DNA from: Clostridia bacterium
GTDB lineage: Bacteria; Bacillota; Clostridia; Christensenellales; UBA1242
Assembly: GCA_046881945.1 (NCBI GenBank)
Contig: JBKSMT010000074.1
Location: 1-28,571, forward strand
DNA length: 28,571 nucleotides
Direction: 5' to 3'
Shown: positions 8,559-18,538 of the stretch, piece by piece
How positions within the stretch are numbered: the stretch's first letter is position 1
Layout: every line of letters begins with the position of its first letter
The notes under the pieces: model-generated
The model's database searches: none
What the model was told of the DNA's origin: nothing
Seen by the model: only the letters and a program-made list of their open reading frames with translations
Translations under genes and position numbers: made by a program

Positions 8559-10565
8559 TTAACAACATTCGCTTCCGTCGGCGATAATGTCTTTTTCAGG
8601 GCTAAGTAGTGAAATGTTTCCAATTTCATCTTCAGCGCAAACTATCATACCTTCACTCAAATATCCCTTCATCTCTCTTGGTGGAAGATTAGTCACCACT
8701 ACTACTTTTTTGCCAACCATTTGCTCTGGAGTGTACGCCTTTGCAATACCACTTAGTATTGAAAGCGTTTTAGTTCCAATCCTTACAGTTGAGTGAAGTA
8801 GTTTAGACTTTGGCACTGCTTCACATGCTAGCACAACACCTATTTTCATTTGCACTTTTGCAAAATCATCAATAGTAATAGGTTCAACTTCTTTAAACTC
8901 AATCACTGGCGCATTTTCAGCCTTTTGTTTAGCCACAATCTCATCAATAGTTGGCTTAATGTCATCAAATTTAATACGATTAAATAGTATTTGAGGAGCA
9001 TTTGTAATATTAAATTCTTGTGTTAATCCAAAGTTTGCAATATCATTAAATTTACGCGCATTTACACCCAATTCATTAAAGATTTTATTTGCAGTTTCTG
9101 GCATAAATGGAGAAAGTAAATTTGCGCCAATATTAATAGTTTCAAGAAGATTAAATAGTACTGTTGCAAGACGTTCATGCTTACTTTCGTCTTTATTTAA
9201 ATTCCAAGGTTCTGTTTCATCAATATACTTATTTGCACGTCTAAACAAGATCCACAATTCTTCAAGCGCATCAGCAATTTTGTATTCATTAATCTTATTA
9301 AACACTTTTTCTTTTGCACCTATAACAATCGCTTTTAAATCTTCGTCCATTATGTCGGTGATATTATAATTTTTAACCTTTCCGTCAAAGTATTGATTAC
9401 TCATGCTTAAAGTGCGTCTAACTAGGTTGCCCATTACATTGCTTAAATCTGCATTGTTCTTTTCAGTCAATAATTCCCATGTAATTGTTCCGTCTGACAC
9501 AAAAGGCATTTCACGTAACACATAATAACGTACACTATCAACGCCAAAAATTGACGCTAAATCATCAAAATAAAGTACATTACCCTTTGATTTACTCATC
9601 TTTTCGCCACCTTGAAGTAGCCATGGATGACCTAATACTTGCTTAGGCAATTCTTCGCCCAACGCCATTAGGAAAATAGGCCAATAAATAGTGTGAAAAC
9701 GTACAATATCCTTACCCACCACATGCACATCTGCCGGCCATAATTTATTGTATAATTCGCTTGGATTTTCAATATCATAACCGATGCCAGTAATATAGTT
9801 ATTTAATGCATCTAGCCACACATACACAACGTGTTTGTTGTCAAATTCAACAGGAATACCCCATTTAAACGTACTACGACTTACACATAAATCTTGAAGT
9901 TTAGTCTTGATTGTTCCATTTTCAATAGCGGTCAACAATTCCTCATCACTTTTGCCCACAAACTCGTCAGCAAGAATAAAGTTATTTAACATTTCATTTT
10001 TACGGCTAGTAGGTGTCATAAATTCAGGGTGAGTAATAATATGCTTTAATAATCTGTTTGCATAGTTGCTCATTTTAAAGAAATATGCTTCCTCTTGACT
10101 AGGTTTCACTTCACGGCCACAATCTGGGCACTTACCATCAACTAATTGACTTTCAGTCCAAAAACTTTCACATGGAGTACAATAAAGCCCTTCATAATGA
10201 CCTTTGTAAATATCTCCTTGCTCATAGAACTTTTTAAATATCTTTTGAACGCATTTTTCGTGATCCGCGTCTGTGGTACGAATAAATTTATCGTATGAAA
10301 TATTCATAAAGTCCCAAAGGTCCTTTATATCTCCCGCAATATTGTCAACAAAAGCCTTAGGTGTCAACCCTTTTTCTTTAGCTTTCATTTCAATTTTTTC
10401 GCCATGTTCATCTGTTCCTGTCATAAAGAAAACATCATATCCCTGCATTCGCTTAGCACGCGCTATAACGTCCGACAAAATAATCTCGTAAGTATTTCCA
10501 ATATGAGGCTTGCCCGAAGTATAGGCAATAGCAGTTGTAATATAAAATTTTTCTTTATTTTCCAT
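8559..10565 (-). CDS. metG: Methionine--tRNA ligase with C-terminal tRNA-binding domain
   Basis: YTSGKPHIGN (HIGH), GTDEHG, CTPC/CPDC Zn knuckle, KMSKS, C-terminal Trbp111-like domain. Confidence 0.95.
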   Translation of the reverse strand: MENKEKFYITTAIAYTSGKPHIGNTYEIILSDVIARAKRMQGYDVFFMTGTDEHGEKIEMKAKEKGLTPKAFVDNIAGDIKDLWDFMNISYDKFIRTTDADHEKCVQKIFKKFYEQGDIYKGHYEGLYCTPCESFWTESQLVDGKCPDCGREVKPSQEEAYFFKMSNYANRLLKHIITHPEFMTPTSRKNEMLNNFILADEFVGKSDEELLTAIENGTIKTKLQDLCVSRSTFKWGIPVEFDNKHVVYVWLDALNNYITGIGYDIENPSELYNKLWPADVHVVGKDIVRFHTIYWPIFLMALGEELPKQVLGHPWLLQGGEKMSKSKGNVLYFDDLASIFGVDSVRYYVLREMPFVSDGTITWELLTEKNNADLSNVMGNLVRRTLSMSNQYFDGKVKNYNITDIMDEDLKAIVIGAKEKVFNKINEYKIADALEELWILFRRANKYIDETEPWNLNKDESKHERLATVLFNLLETINIGANLLSPFMPETANKIFNELGVNARKFNDIANFGLTQEFNITNAPQILFNRIKFDDIKPTIDEIVAKQKAENAPVIEFKEVEPITIDDFAKVQMKIGVVLACEAVPKSKLLHSTVRIGTKTLSILSGIAKAYTPEQMVGKKVVVVTNLPPREMKGYLSEGMIVCAEDEIGNISLLSPEKDIIADGSECC

Positions 10566-10577
10566 AAATTTTTCTCC

Positions 10578-11351
10578 TTATAACTTTTTATCAAGTTCAA
10601 CAGCACATTCAAATGCTAGTGATATAATTTTCTTTTTACTATCGTTGAGTTCGTTAACCGCAAGACTACGAACATCATATTCTTCCGCACCAAGATTATC
10701 GGCCGCATAAAAGAATTGTCCAAAATTAACACCCCTAAATTTAGCCACGGAAGCCATTGCTGAACATTCCATATCCACAGTAATAGCACCTTGTTTTTTA
10801 CGCATTTCAACCTTATCTTTAGTTTCACGATATAATGCGTCAGTTGTCCAAGTTTTACCTTTACGATAATTAATGTTTTTTAATTTCATAAAATCTTCAA
10901 TAATATTAACACACTTTTTATTAATTTCAACCTCGTCACTAGCAGGCAAATAATGGTAACTTGCACCTTCATCACGTAACGCGCTTGTTGGTATTATTAT
11001 TGAATAATCCTCAATCTCTGCATCCAAACAACCACAACAACCAACCAAAAGCAAGCTCTTAACTCCCATTACTATCATTTCCTCAAAATTGCCTACTGCA
11101 GCCGCAGCCCCAACAGGCGTTTGATAAAAAGCGATATCCGTGCCACCAACATTAATTTTATACACAGGATAATCTTTAGTCATGCTTTTGATAATCCCTA
11201 TTTGTTTAGCATTGTATTTTTGCTCAATTTCTTTTACTAACTCTTTATCAAAAATAGACATTGCTATTTTAGGAAATCCTTCAACTTTGCTTTGAAATAC
11301 ATCAGGATTTAAAACCGCTAATTTATTGGTATCAAATTGTTCTAATAACAT
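10578..11351 (-). CDS. Nucleoside phosphorylase (PNP/UDP family)
   Basis: GCCGCL, ALRDEGASYHY, TWTTDALYRET, VDMECSA; start moved to ATG 11351 behind AAAGGAG. Confidence 0.85.
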   Translation of the reverse strand: MLLEQFDTNKLAVLNPDVFQSKVEGFPKIAMSIFDKELVKEIEQKYNAKQIGIIKSMTKDYPVYKINVGGTDIAFYQTPVGAAAAVGNFEEMIVMGVKSLLLVGCCGCLDAEIEDYSIIIPTSALRDEGASYHYLPASDEVEINKKCVNIIEDFMKLKNINYRKGKTWTTDALYRETKDKVEMRKKQGAITVDMECSAMASVAKFRGVNFGQFFYAADNLGAEEYDVRSLAVNELNDSKKKIISLAFECAVELDKKL

Positions 11352-11374
11352 ATACACTCCTTTATATTTCAAAC

Positions 11375-11818
11375 TTAATATTCTTGAACCAGATTAATTG
11401 GACCATCAAGCACTGTGTAAATTTCCATGTGTTCAGCAAAGCGTCCCATTTTAACGGTCAAACCATATTCGTTAATAAGTTCAGTTTGAAGTGCCTGATA
11501 TAATTCAATTGCTTTATCTTTTGGTGCACTTAATGTAAAGTCAGGTCGTGCTCCACCTCCGCCTTTGCGGTCACACAATGTGAAATTCGATACCAATAAC
11601 ACTTCGCCACCAACTTGGGCAATATTGTTGTTTAGTTTTTCATTTTCATCCTTAAAAAGTCGCACCGTTGCAATACGTCTAGCCACACGCTTAACATTAT
11701 CCATTGTATCATCACGCGTAACGCCTACAAACACATTATATCCATGTCCTATTTCGCTTACAATCTCGTTATCCACTTCCAATCTTGACTTATGAACCCT
11801 TTGAATTACTATTCTCAT
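11375..11818 (-). CDS. dtd: D-aminoacyl-tRNA deacylase
   Basis: MRIVIQRV, R.F.DE..KLN, SNFTL (SQFTL variant), DGP motif. Confidence 0.88.
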   Translation of the reverse strand: MRIVIQRVHKSRLEVDNEIVSEIGHGYNVFVGVTRDDTMDNVKRVARRIATVRLFKDENEKLNNNIAQVGGEVLLVSNFTLCDRKGGGGARPDFTLSAPKDKAIELYQALQTELINEYGLTVKMGRFAEHMEIYTVLDGPINLVQEY

Positions 11819-11828
11819 AATTTATCCT

Positions 11829-12077
11829 TTATTTGTTTAAACTTTCAATTTCTTGCAACTCAAATCTATCCTCTTGCTTAACATTAGGATATTTAACCCT
11901 ATCCACACGACTAGCAAACATATCATAATGACGCACATATCTTTTGCCATCTCCGTATAATGCACGGTATAGCACCATTTTATCTTTAGTTTCTGAATCT
12001 AATACGATATCTTCAACTAAATAGTAGTCGCCTTTAAAATGCCTATAAATTCTACCAACCTTAATTTCTTTTGTCAT
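11829..12077 (-). CDS. DUF1653 domain protein
   Basis: YRHFKG.YY, VLYRALYG, YVRHYDMF, Q..RF pattern. Confidence 0.85.
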   Translation of the reverse strand: MTKEIKVGRIYRHFKGDYYLVEDIVLDSETKDKMVLYRALYGDGKRYVRHYDMFASRVDRVKYPNVKQEDRFELQEIESLNK

Positions 12078-12098
12078 ACTATTCTCCTTTAATATGTG

Positions 12099-12614
12099 TT
12101 ATTGTTTTAAGATAAATCTTAATTTCGCATTTTTGTCATTTGGTAAAGCATAATCAATGCCAACACGTGTGGCAGTTGTGTACTTATACTTATCACCATC
12201 GTCAATAATACAAATTTTAGAGTTGTTTACTATGCTTTCCCCATTTAACGATTTGTCAATATTTAATAGTTTAGTCGCTTTTGCTGGACCGTTTGCTCCT
12301 ACCACACCACGAATTAGCACCGCTTCTGGCACACCCTCATCACAACTTACAATATTCAGCAAATAATGTAATCCATAGCACAAATAAATATAAATTGTTC
12401 CGCCATCTTGCCACATAGGATCAACACGCTTAGTTCGCCTTCCCTTATAGGTATGACACGCACTATCGTTAACGCCTAAATACGCCTCAGTTTCGCAAAT
12501 TTGCGCCTTAACTTCCGCGCCATTAATATTGGTAACAATCCACTTACCAATCAAACTTTTAGCAAGTGTAATTGTATCCATTTTAAAAAACTGTAAATCA
12601 TCAATTGTTTTCAT
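12099..12614 (-). CDS. DNA-3-methyladenine glycosylase (MPG/AAG family)
   Basis: LAKSLIGK, ICETEAY, YIYLCYGLHYLLNIV, AVLIRG, GPAK, RVGI; start likely ATG 12614. Confidence 0.9.
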   Translation of the reverse strand: MKTIDDLQFFKMDTITLAKSLIGKWIVTNINGAEVKAQICETEAYLGVNDSACHTYKGRRTKRVDPMWQDGGTIYIYLCYGLHYLLNIVSCDEGVPEAVLIRGVVGANGPAKATKLLNIDKSLNGESIVNNSKICIIDDGDKYKYTTATRVGIDYALPNDKNAKLRFILKQ

Positions 12615-12619
12615 ACTAT

Positions 12620-13018
12620 TTATAGAAATTTTATCAACCTTTCTTTCAATTCTTGCTTGTCGCCATACCACTCTATAAACTTTATAAACTCATCAAGGTC
12701 GCACCACTTATAATCAATACTTTCTTCATTTAATTTAATTTTGTCATTATCTGCAAATGATACAAATGCATGCTCAACACAATGTTCACCCAATGACTCA
12801 TACTCAAAAGTCCAATTTAAGTTTATAATCTTATTTAAAGTTAAACCCGTTTCTTCCAAAACCTCACGTTTAACTGTATCTTCTAGCGAACTATCTTCCT
12901 TTTCACAACCACCAGTTACCACATACCAAAATGATTTGTGATATTGCGGGTCTTGGTCACTACCTAATAATAGCAATAACTTGTTATCTCTAACAATAAA
13001 TGTTAATATCTTTTCCAT
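12620..13018 (-). CDS. NUDIX hydrolase
   Basis: Nudix box GGCEKEDSSLEDTVKREVLEETGL; start likely ATG 13018. Confidence 0.88.
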   Translation of the reverse strand: MEKILTFIVRDNKLLLLLGSDQDPQYHKSFWYVVTGGCEKEDSSLEDTVKREVLEETGLTLNKIINLNWTFEYESLGEHCVEHAFVSFADNDKIKLNEESIDYKWCDLDEFIKFIEWYGDKQELKERLIKFL

Positions 13019-13037
13019 ACAGTTCCCGTTTACTAAA

Positions 13038-13457
13038 TTATCCACGTGCAATTTTGTTAACAAGTTGCATATCTACTTTGCCAGCATAATTTGCTTTAAA
13101 GTGTTTCATTACGCTTGGAATAGATTTATCTTCCAAAGAATTAATAACCGCCTTGATTTCGTCTTCGCTCATCATTTGAGGAAGATATTTTTCAAGCATT
13201 GACTTTTGAGTTTTAATTTCTTGCTCTTGTTCAGTTTTGCCTACTTTTGCATAGTTTTCGGCTTCCTCATTTAGCTCTTTAATAGTCTTTTGAAGTATTG
13301 CAATCATATCAGCGTCAGTCATTTCAGCACCAGTTTTACGCTTTTCAATACTTAATGCTAAGTGCTTACTAATTGCAACACCTAAAATTGCACGTGCAAC
13401 CATATTTTTGTCCTTAATTGCTTGCACATTATCCTTTTTAATTTCATCAATAATCAT
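13038..13457 (-). CDS. GatB/YqeY domain protein
   Basis: IK.D...AIK.K, E...E...LEKYLPQ.MSEDEI, AGKVD pattern. Confidence 0.88.
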   Translation of the reverse strand: MIIDEIKKDNVQAIKDKNMVARAILGVAISKHLALSIEKRKTGAEMTDADMIAILQKTIKELNEEAENYAKVGKTEQEQEIKTQKSMLEKYLPQMMSEDEIKAVINSLEDKSIPSVMKHFKANYAGKVDMQLVNKIARG

Positions 13458-13481
13458 AATTATTCTCCTTTGATTTTTATA

Positions 13482-14930
13482 TTAAAACGAACCATCAAAA
13501 TCGTCATTTGCCACTGGTATCAACTCAGTTGTGTCATTTGATACATTGTGCACTGGAGCTTCAGATAGGCGATTTGCCTTTGGTTCTTCAAACCTTGTAT
13601 ATTGGCCATACCATTTAAGCAGTATTGAACCAAGCGAACCATTACGGTGTTTTGCAATAATAAGTTTACAATTTTCGCCATCATCAGCGCTTGGCTCAGC
13701 ACTAACATCTTCGCTGTCAAGGTCTTGATTTGCTTCATTAACGCGGTCAATAAACATAACTATATCCGCGTCTTGCTCGATTGCGCCTGATTCACGCAAG
13801 TCGCTAAGTTGAGGTTTATGGTCAGTACGCTTTTCGATATCACGTGATAATTGCGATAGCACGATAATAGGACATTCAAGTTCACGTGCAGCAATCTTTA
13901 GGCTACGTGTTAAATCCGCCACTTCTTGTTGACGATTGCCACTATCTTTAGTTGTATCACTTTTCATAAGTTGAAGATAGTCAATCATAACCATATCCAA
14001 CCCCTTTTCAGCCTTTAATCTACGGCATTTAGATAAAATTTGTGTAGGAGTAGTAAGTGATGAATCATCTACATATAGTTGAGCATTACTTAATTCTTCC
14101 TTAGTTTGCATAACAGTTTCCCAAACTCGAGAATTAGTTGTACCACTAGTAGCATTGTCCATAGTAATATTACCAACACTACACATAGTTCTTTGTGCAA
14201 TTTGGCTAATAGGCATTTCAAGTGAGAAAATTGCAACAGTGGCACCGCCATAAAGGGCGGCATTACTACAAATATTAAGCGCAAGTGAAGTTTTACCAAT
14301 ACCCGGACGGGCAGCCAACAATATTAAATCGCCCTTATGGAAACCTTTGGTATAATTATCAAGCGTAGGAAATCCTGTTTTAATACCGCGAAATGCATTT
14401 TTGTCAATTGACAATTTTTCCATACGGTCAATAACTTGATTAACACCCTCGTTTATTTGCACAAGTTCACTAATATCCTTTTCCTTAGACAAATCAAAAA
14501 TTTGTTTTTCTAAATGCTGTAAAGCGGTTTTTGAATTAGTATTGGCAAAACAATAATTGATACCATCTTGACATAGTTCAATAAGTCTTCGCATTGTTGC
14601 ATCATTTTGAACAATTTCCATATAATTTTTGAAATTTGATGCACTAGGTACTGCATTCGTCAAGTCAGCAACATACTCAATACCCCCAACATCCTCAAGT
14701 TCACCTTTACTATCAAGATTTTTAGCAACAGTTACATAGTCAACCCCTTTGTTGCCAATATAACTTTCGTACATCGCTTTAAAAATCTTTTGATGACCTG
14801 TTGAATAAAAGTCATTAGGTTGCATTTTGGCAAAACACTCACTTTGAGCGTCTTGGCTTAAAAACAAACTACCTAACAAACTTTGTTCAACCTCCAAATT
14901 ATGCGGTAAAATTCTTGGTGCTTTTTCCAT
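13482..14930 (-). CDS. dnaB: Replicative DNA helicase (DnaB; DnaC in Bacillus nomenclature)
   Basis: PHNLEVEQ, AARPGIGKT, FSLEM, IDYLQL, LSQLSR, SDLRESGAIEQDAD, IAKHRNG. Confidence 0.95.
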   Translation of the reverse strand: MEKAPRILPHNLEVEQSLLGSLFLSQDAQSECFAKMQPNDFYSTGHQKIFKAMYESYIGNKGVDYVTVAKNLDSKGELEDVGGIEYVADLTNAVPSASNFKNYMEIVQNDATMRRLIELCQDGINYCFANTNSKTALQHLEKQIFDLSKEKDISELVQINEGVNQVIDRMEKLSIDKNAFRGIKTGFPTLDNYTKGFHKGDLILLAARPGIGKTSLALNICSNAALYGGATVAIFSLEMPISQIAQRTMCSVGNITMDNATSGTTNSRVWETVMQTKEELSNAQLYVDDSSLTTPTQILSKCRRLKAEKGLDMVMIDYLQLMKSDTTKDSGNRQQEVADLTRSLKIAARELECPIIVLSQLSRDIEKRTDHKPQLSDLRESGAIEQDADIVMFIDRVNEANQDLDSEDVSAEPSADDGENCKLIIAKHRNGSLGSILLKWYGQYTRFEEPKANRLSEAPVHNVSNDTTELIPVANDDFDGSF

Positions 14931-14958
14931 AATTTTCTCCTTTAAATTTTAACATTTA

Positions 14959-15213
14959 TTATTTAAACACATCTTCGTTTTTGTGTAATAATGTATTTTT
15001 TAATTGACGTTTAGTTGCTACTTTGATGTGTATATATTCCTCAATTGCAATTACCACTAACATAACTAACGTAAATACTGCAATAGTAGCAACACTATTT
15101 AATCCTTGTAACCAATATCCAATCAATATTAGCGCAGGCACACAACAAAGTACTGTAATCCCCAGTCGCTTGATTGCACCTCTTAATATTTGATTTTGTT
15201 GTTGTTTATTCAT
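14959..15213 (-). CDS. Small two-TM membrane protein
   Basis: Two hydrophobic segments; start overlaps the typA stop (TAATG). Confidence 0.7.
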   Translation of the reverse strand: MNKQQQNQILRGAIKRLGITVLCCVPALILIGYWLQGLNSVATIAVFTLVMLVVIAIEEYIHIKVATKRQLKNTLLHKNEDVFK

Positions 15214-17033
15214 TAATCCACCACCACAGGTTTATGACTTTTAGCACGTAATTGATGGTCAAGTATTGCTTTACGTATACGAATACTTTTAGGTGTAACT
15301 TCTACGTATTCGTCATCTGCAATAAATTCAATAGCCATTTCCAAACTCATATCTTGTATAGGCGTTAGACGTAACGCTTCGTCACTAGCTGATGTGCGCA
15401 TATTAGTAAGTTGCTTTTTCTTACATACGTTAACAACAATATCGTCGCCCTTAGGGTTTGCACCTACCACCATACCCATATACACAGGGTCACCAGCACG
15501 AACAAGCAACCTTCCGCGACCTTGAGCATTGTATAACCCGTAAGTAATTGCGTCGCCAGTTTCGTAAGCAATAAGCGAACCAAATGTACGACTAGAAATA
15601 TCTCCCTTATATGGTTGATATTCGTGGAATACCGAACTCATAATGCCTTCACCACGAGTATCAGTAAGCATTTGTGACTTGTATCCAAATAATCCACGTG
15701 ATGGAATTAAAAATTCTAATCTCATACGGCTACCAATTGGGTGCATACTAACCAATTCACCTTTGCGGTTGCCCATAGCAGTCATAATATTACCAACAGC
15801 ATCTTCAGGCACGTCAAGAATTACTTTATCAATAGGCTCACACTTTACACCATCAATTTCTCTATACAATACACGTGGACGACTTACTTGGAATTCGTAA
15901 CCATCACGACGCATATTTTCAATCAAAATACTTAAGTGCATTTCCCCACGGCCACTAACCTTAAAACTTTCAGCAGTATCGCCATCACGTACTTTAAGTG
16001 AAAGGTCTTTCATTGCTTCCTTATACAATCTATCACGTATATGACGGCTGGTCACAAACTTACCCTCCTTGCCAGCAAATGGGCTATCATTAACCATAAA
16101 TGTCATTTCAACGCTAGGCTCACTAATCTTTACAAAAGGTATCGCTTGCATATCGGCACTTTCGCTAATTGTATCACCAATAGTAATATCTGGTATCCCC
16201 GCAATAAGTACAACATCACCAGCAGTACCCTCAGTTATTGTATTACGCTTTAAGCCCTCAAAGTTAAATATGTTAACCACCTTGCCGGTATAAGACTTAG
16301 TTTCGTCAAAATAGTTTTTAATATAAACAGTTTGGTTAGCCCTTACCACACCATTTTCAATTTTACCAACTGCAAGTTTGCCAAGATAATCACTATGCTC
16401 AACTGACGACACAAGCATTTGGAAAGGCTTATTATCTTCACCCTTAGGTGGGTCAATATGTTCAATAATTGCGTCAAACAATGGGTTCATATTTTCAGCA
16501 GGTATATTAGGGTCTTTGGTACAAATACCATTACGAGCCGAACAGTATAGTACAGGGCTATCAAGTTGCTCGTCATTTGCATTAAGGTCAAACAATAATT
16601 CCAACACCTCATCTGGCACTTCTTTTAGTCGTGCATCTGGGCGGTCAATCTTATTAATAACCACAATAACCTTAAGATTCAGCTCAAGCGCCTTTTCAAG
16701 TACAAAACGCGTTTGAGGCATTGGACCTTCGTAGGCGTCAACTACCAACAAAACACCGTCTACCATTTTTAGCACACGTTCTACTTCGCCACCAAAATCT
16801 GCGTGTCCAGGCGTATCAACGATATTAATTTTAGTATCCTTGTACATTGCCGAACAGTTCTTTGACAAAATCGTAATACCGCGTTCACGTTCCAACGCAT
16901 TACTATCCATAACACGGTCTTGAACTTCTTGATTTTCTCTAAACACACCACCTTGAACCAATAAAGCATTAACCAATGATGTTTTGCCATGGTCAACGTG
17001 AGCAATAATTGCAATATTTCTAATGTTTTTCAT
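15213..17033 (-). CDS. typA: Translational GTPase TypA/BipA
   Basis: AHVDHGKT, ERERGITI, DTPGHADFGGEVER, NKID, GRGEMHL, BipA C-terminus KQLTNMR. Confidence 0.96.
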   Translation of the reverse strand: MKNIRNIAIIAHVDHGKTSLVNALLVQGGVFRENQEVQDRVMDSNALERERGITILSKNCSAMYKDTKINIVDTPGHADFGGEVERVLKMVDGVLLVVDAYEGPMPQTRFVLEKALELNLKVIVVINKIDRPDARLKEVPDEVLELLFDLNANDEQLDSPVLYCSARNGICTKDPNIPAENMNPLFDAIIEHIDPPKGEDNKPFQMLVSSVEHSDYLGKLAVGKIENGVVRANQTVYIKNYFDETKSYTGKVVNIFNFEGLKRNTITEGTAGDVVLIAGIPDITIGDTISESADMQAIPFVKISEPSVEMTFMVNDSPFAGKEGKFVTSRHIRDRLYKEAMKDLSLKVRDGDTAESFKVSGRGEMHLSILIENMRRDGYEFQVSRPRVLYREIDGVKCEPIDKVILDVPEDAVGNIMTAMGNRKGELVSMHPIGSRMRLEFLIPSRGLFGYKSQMLTDTRGEGIMSSVFHEYQPYKGDISSRTFGSLIAYETGDAITYGLYNAQGRGRLLVRAGDPVYMGMVVGANPKGDDIVVNVCKKKQLTNMRTSASDEALRLTPIQDMSLEMAIEFIADDEYVEVTPKSIRIRKAILDHQLRAKSHKPVVVD

Positions 17034-17307
17034 AAATTTTTACCTCTTTTATATATAAATTAATTTAAGTATGTTATATAATAACATATATTTGCCAAAA
17101 ATGATAGAGGTTTTTCAAAACTTTTTTAAATTTTTACACATTAATAACAAATTTATTTTAAATTATTCGATTTGAAAATTACATCTTTTTAAAAAATTTA
17201 AGGTTAAAATTTTCAATTACGGGCATATTGAATAGTATAAAAGTGTATAAATACACTATAAATAGGCTATAAATAAGCAGAAATTTCAAAATTTATGTAA
17301 AAATTAG

Positions 17308-17337
17308 TTGACTTTTATAAAAAAAGTTTGATACACT
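17308..17337 (+). promoter_or_regulatory. sigmaA promoter of HU gene
   Basis: TTGACT (17308-17313)-18-TACACT (17332-17337) with TG extended -10. Confidence 0.65.
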
Positions 17338-17384
17338 TTTAATAGTTATAGCAAAGGCTATTACAAGAAAAGGAGAAAATGTTT

Positions 17385-17666
17385 ATGAAAACTATGAACG
17401 CAGGCGATTTTTACAGAGCAGTTGCTGAAGAAACAGGTGTTTCTATTGCTCAAACTAAGGCTATCTTTACCGCAGGTTTAGATGTTCTTAAAGCAGCTTT
17501 GAAAAAGGGCGACAAAGTTCAATTCATCGGCTTCGGCACATTTGATGTTAAGAAGAAAGCTGGTGGCACCAAGATTAACCCATTCACTGGTAAGAAGATG
17601 GTAGTTAAGGCTTGTAAAGTTCCTACTTTCAAGATGAGTGCAACACTTAAGACATTGTTAAAATAG
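17385..17666 (+). CDS. HU family DNA-binding protein (atypical Lys-rich arm)
   Basis: GDKVQFIGFGTF, INPFTG, KVPTFK; ATG 17385 best spaced from AGGAG. Confidence 0.88.
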   Translation: MKTMNAGDFYRAVAEETGVSIAQTKAIFTAGLDVLKAALKKGDKVQFIGFGTFDVKKKAGGTKINPFTGKKMVVKACKVPTFKMSATLKTLLK

Positions 17667-17693
17667 TCTTTACGATTTGTATTTCAAATCATT

Positions 17694-17723
17694 AAAAAGA
17701 ACAACATTAGTTGTTCTTTTTTT
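17694..17723 (+). terminator. Terminator of HU gene
   Basis: AAAAAGAACAAC-ATTA-GTTGTTCTTTTT plus T-run. Confidence 0.85.
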
Positions 17724-17751
17724 GTTTTTTTATTTATATTCCGAATAACAA

Positions 17752-17788
17752 AAATACAACTTGAACTAAATTTGCTCAAGTTGTATTT
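17752..17788 (-). terminator. Terminator of DUF975 gene
   Basis: AAATACAACTTGA / TCAAGTTGTATTT stem. Confidence 0.75.
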
Positions 17789-17793
17789 ATTTA

Positions 17794-18459
17794 TTATTTT
17801 TCTTCAATTTCCTTTACTTCTTCAATAACGACTTCATCATTACTAGAAACAGTCTCATCCGCACTCATGTTTGCTTGTTGATAATTATTATACACTTCCT
17901 CCATAAATGCAATTTCCGTAGCATCCATATATGGTATTAAGAATATAAATCCTATACCGCATGTAAGCACACTTAGTATAATCCAGCCTATAAAACTAAA
18001 TTGTAAACACGCCAAATCCCACTTATGTCCGTCCATCATTTTTTCAGATAATTTAATAGCTTCGTTTGCCTTAAGTTCAGGGTTTCGTGATTTTAAGTAC
18101 AATGTCATTGAATATGCAAAGTTCTTAACTATTCCAGGGATAATAAATAACAATAGCCACAAAAATGTATAAACCATCTTTAGTATATATGCACCGCAAT
18201 TTTTTAACCAGTTCTTGTCAAAATCGGTTAGTATAGCACCAACTCTAGGATTTTCCTTACGATTAAGTTTAGTAAAATAAATTATTTCTCCCACCATTAA
18301 TTGACCGCTTAAAAGAATTGTAATCACAGTCCCCGCTACAGGAATAAATCCTAACAATGTTGATACTGCCGATACTACAAGACATACTAAAATTGCAGTT
18401 CCCCAATTACCTTTAAGATTTTCTCTTCCCAAACTTCTATATTCAGCACAAGTTTTCAT
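17794..18459 (-). CDS. DUF975 family membrane protein
   Basis: A...LKGNW, LWLLLFIIPGIVKNFAYS, S..MM.GHKW.L..LQFSFIGW, PY. Confidence 0.88.
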   Translation of the reverse strand: MKTCAEYRSLGRENLKGNWGTAILVCLVVSAVSTLLGFIPVAGTVITILLSGQLMVGEIIYFTKLNRKENPRVGAILTDFDKNWLKNCGAYILKMVYTFLWLLLFIIPGIVKNFAYSMTLYLKSRNPELKANEAIKLSEKMMDGHKWDLACLQFSFIGWIILSVLTCGIGFIFLIPYMDATEIAFMEEVYNNYQQANMSADETVSSNDEVVIEEVKEIEEK

Positions 18460-18538
18460 AAATTTTCTCCTTATTTAAATATGATAACATATTTTAAAAT
18501 ATTTTTCAAACAATATAATAAATATTTGTTAATAAATT

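Noticed and set aside
8559-10620. T-box or SAM riboswitch upstream of metG
   Set aside because: Only 12 nt separate metG from the upstream gene, leaving no room for a leader.
11375-11818. Inactivated dtd because SQFTL reads SNFTL
   Set aside because: Conservative change; the Gly-Pro (DGP) motif and full length are intact.
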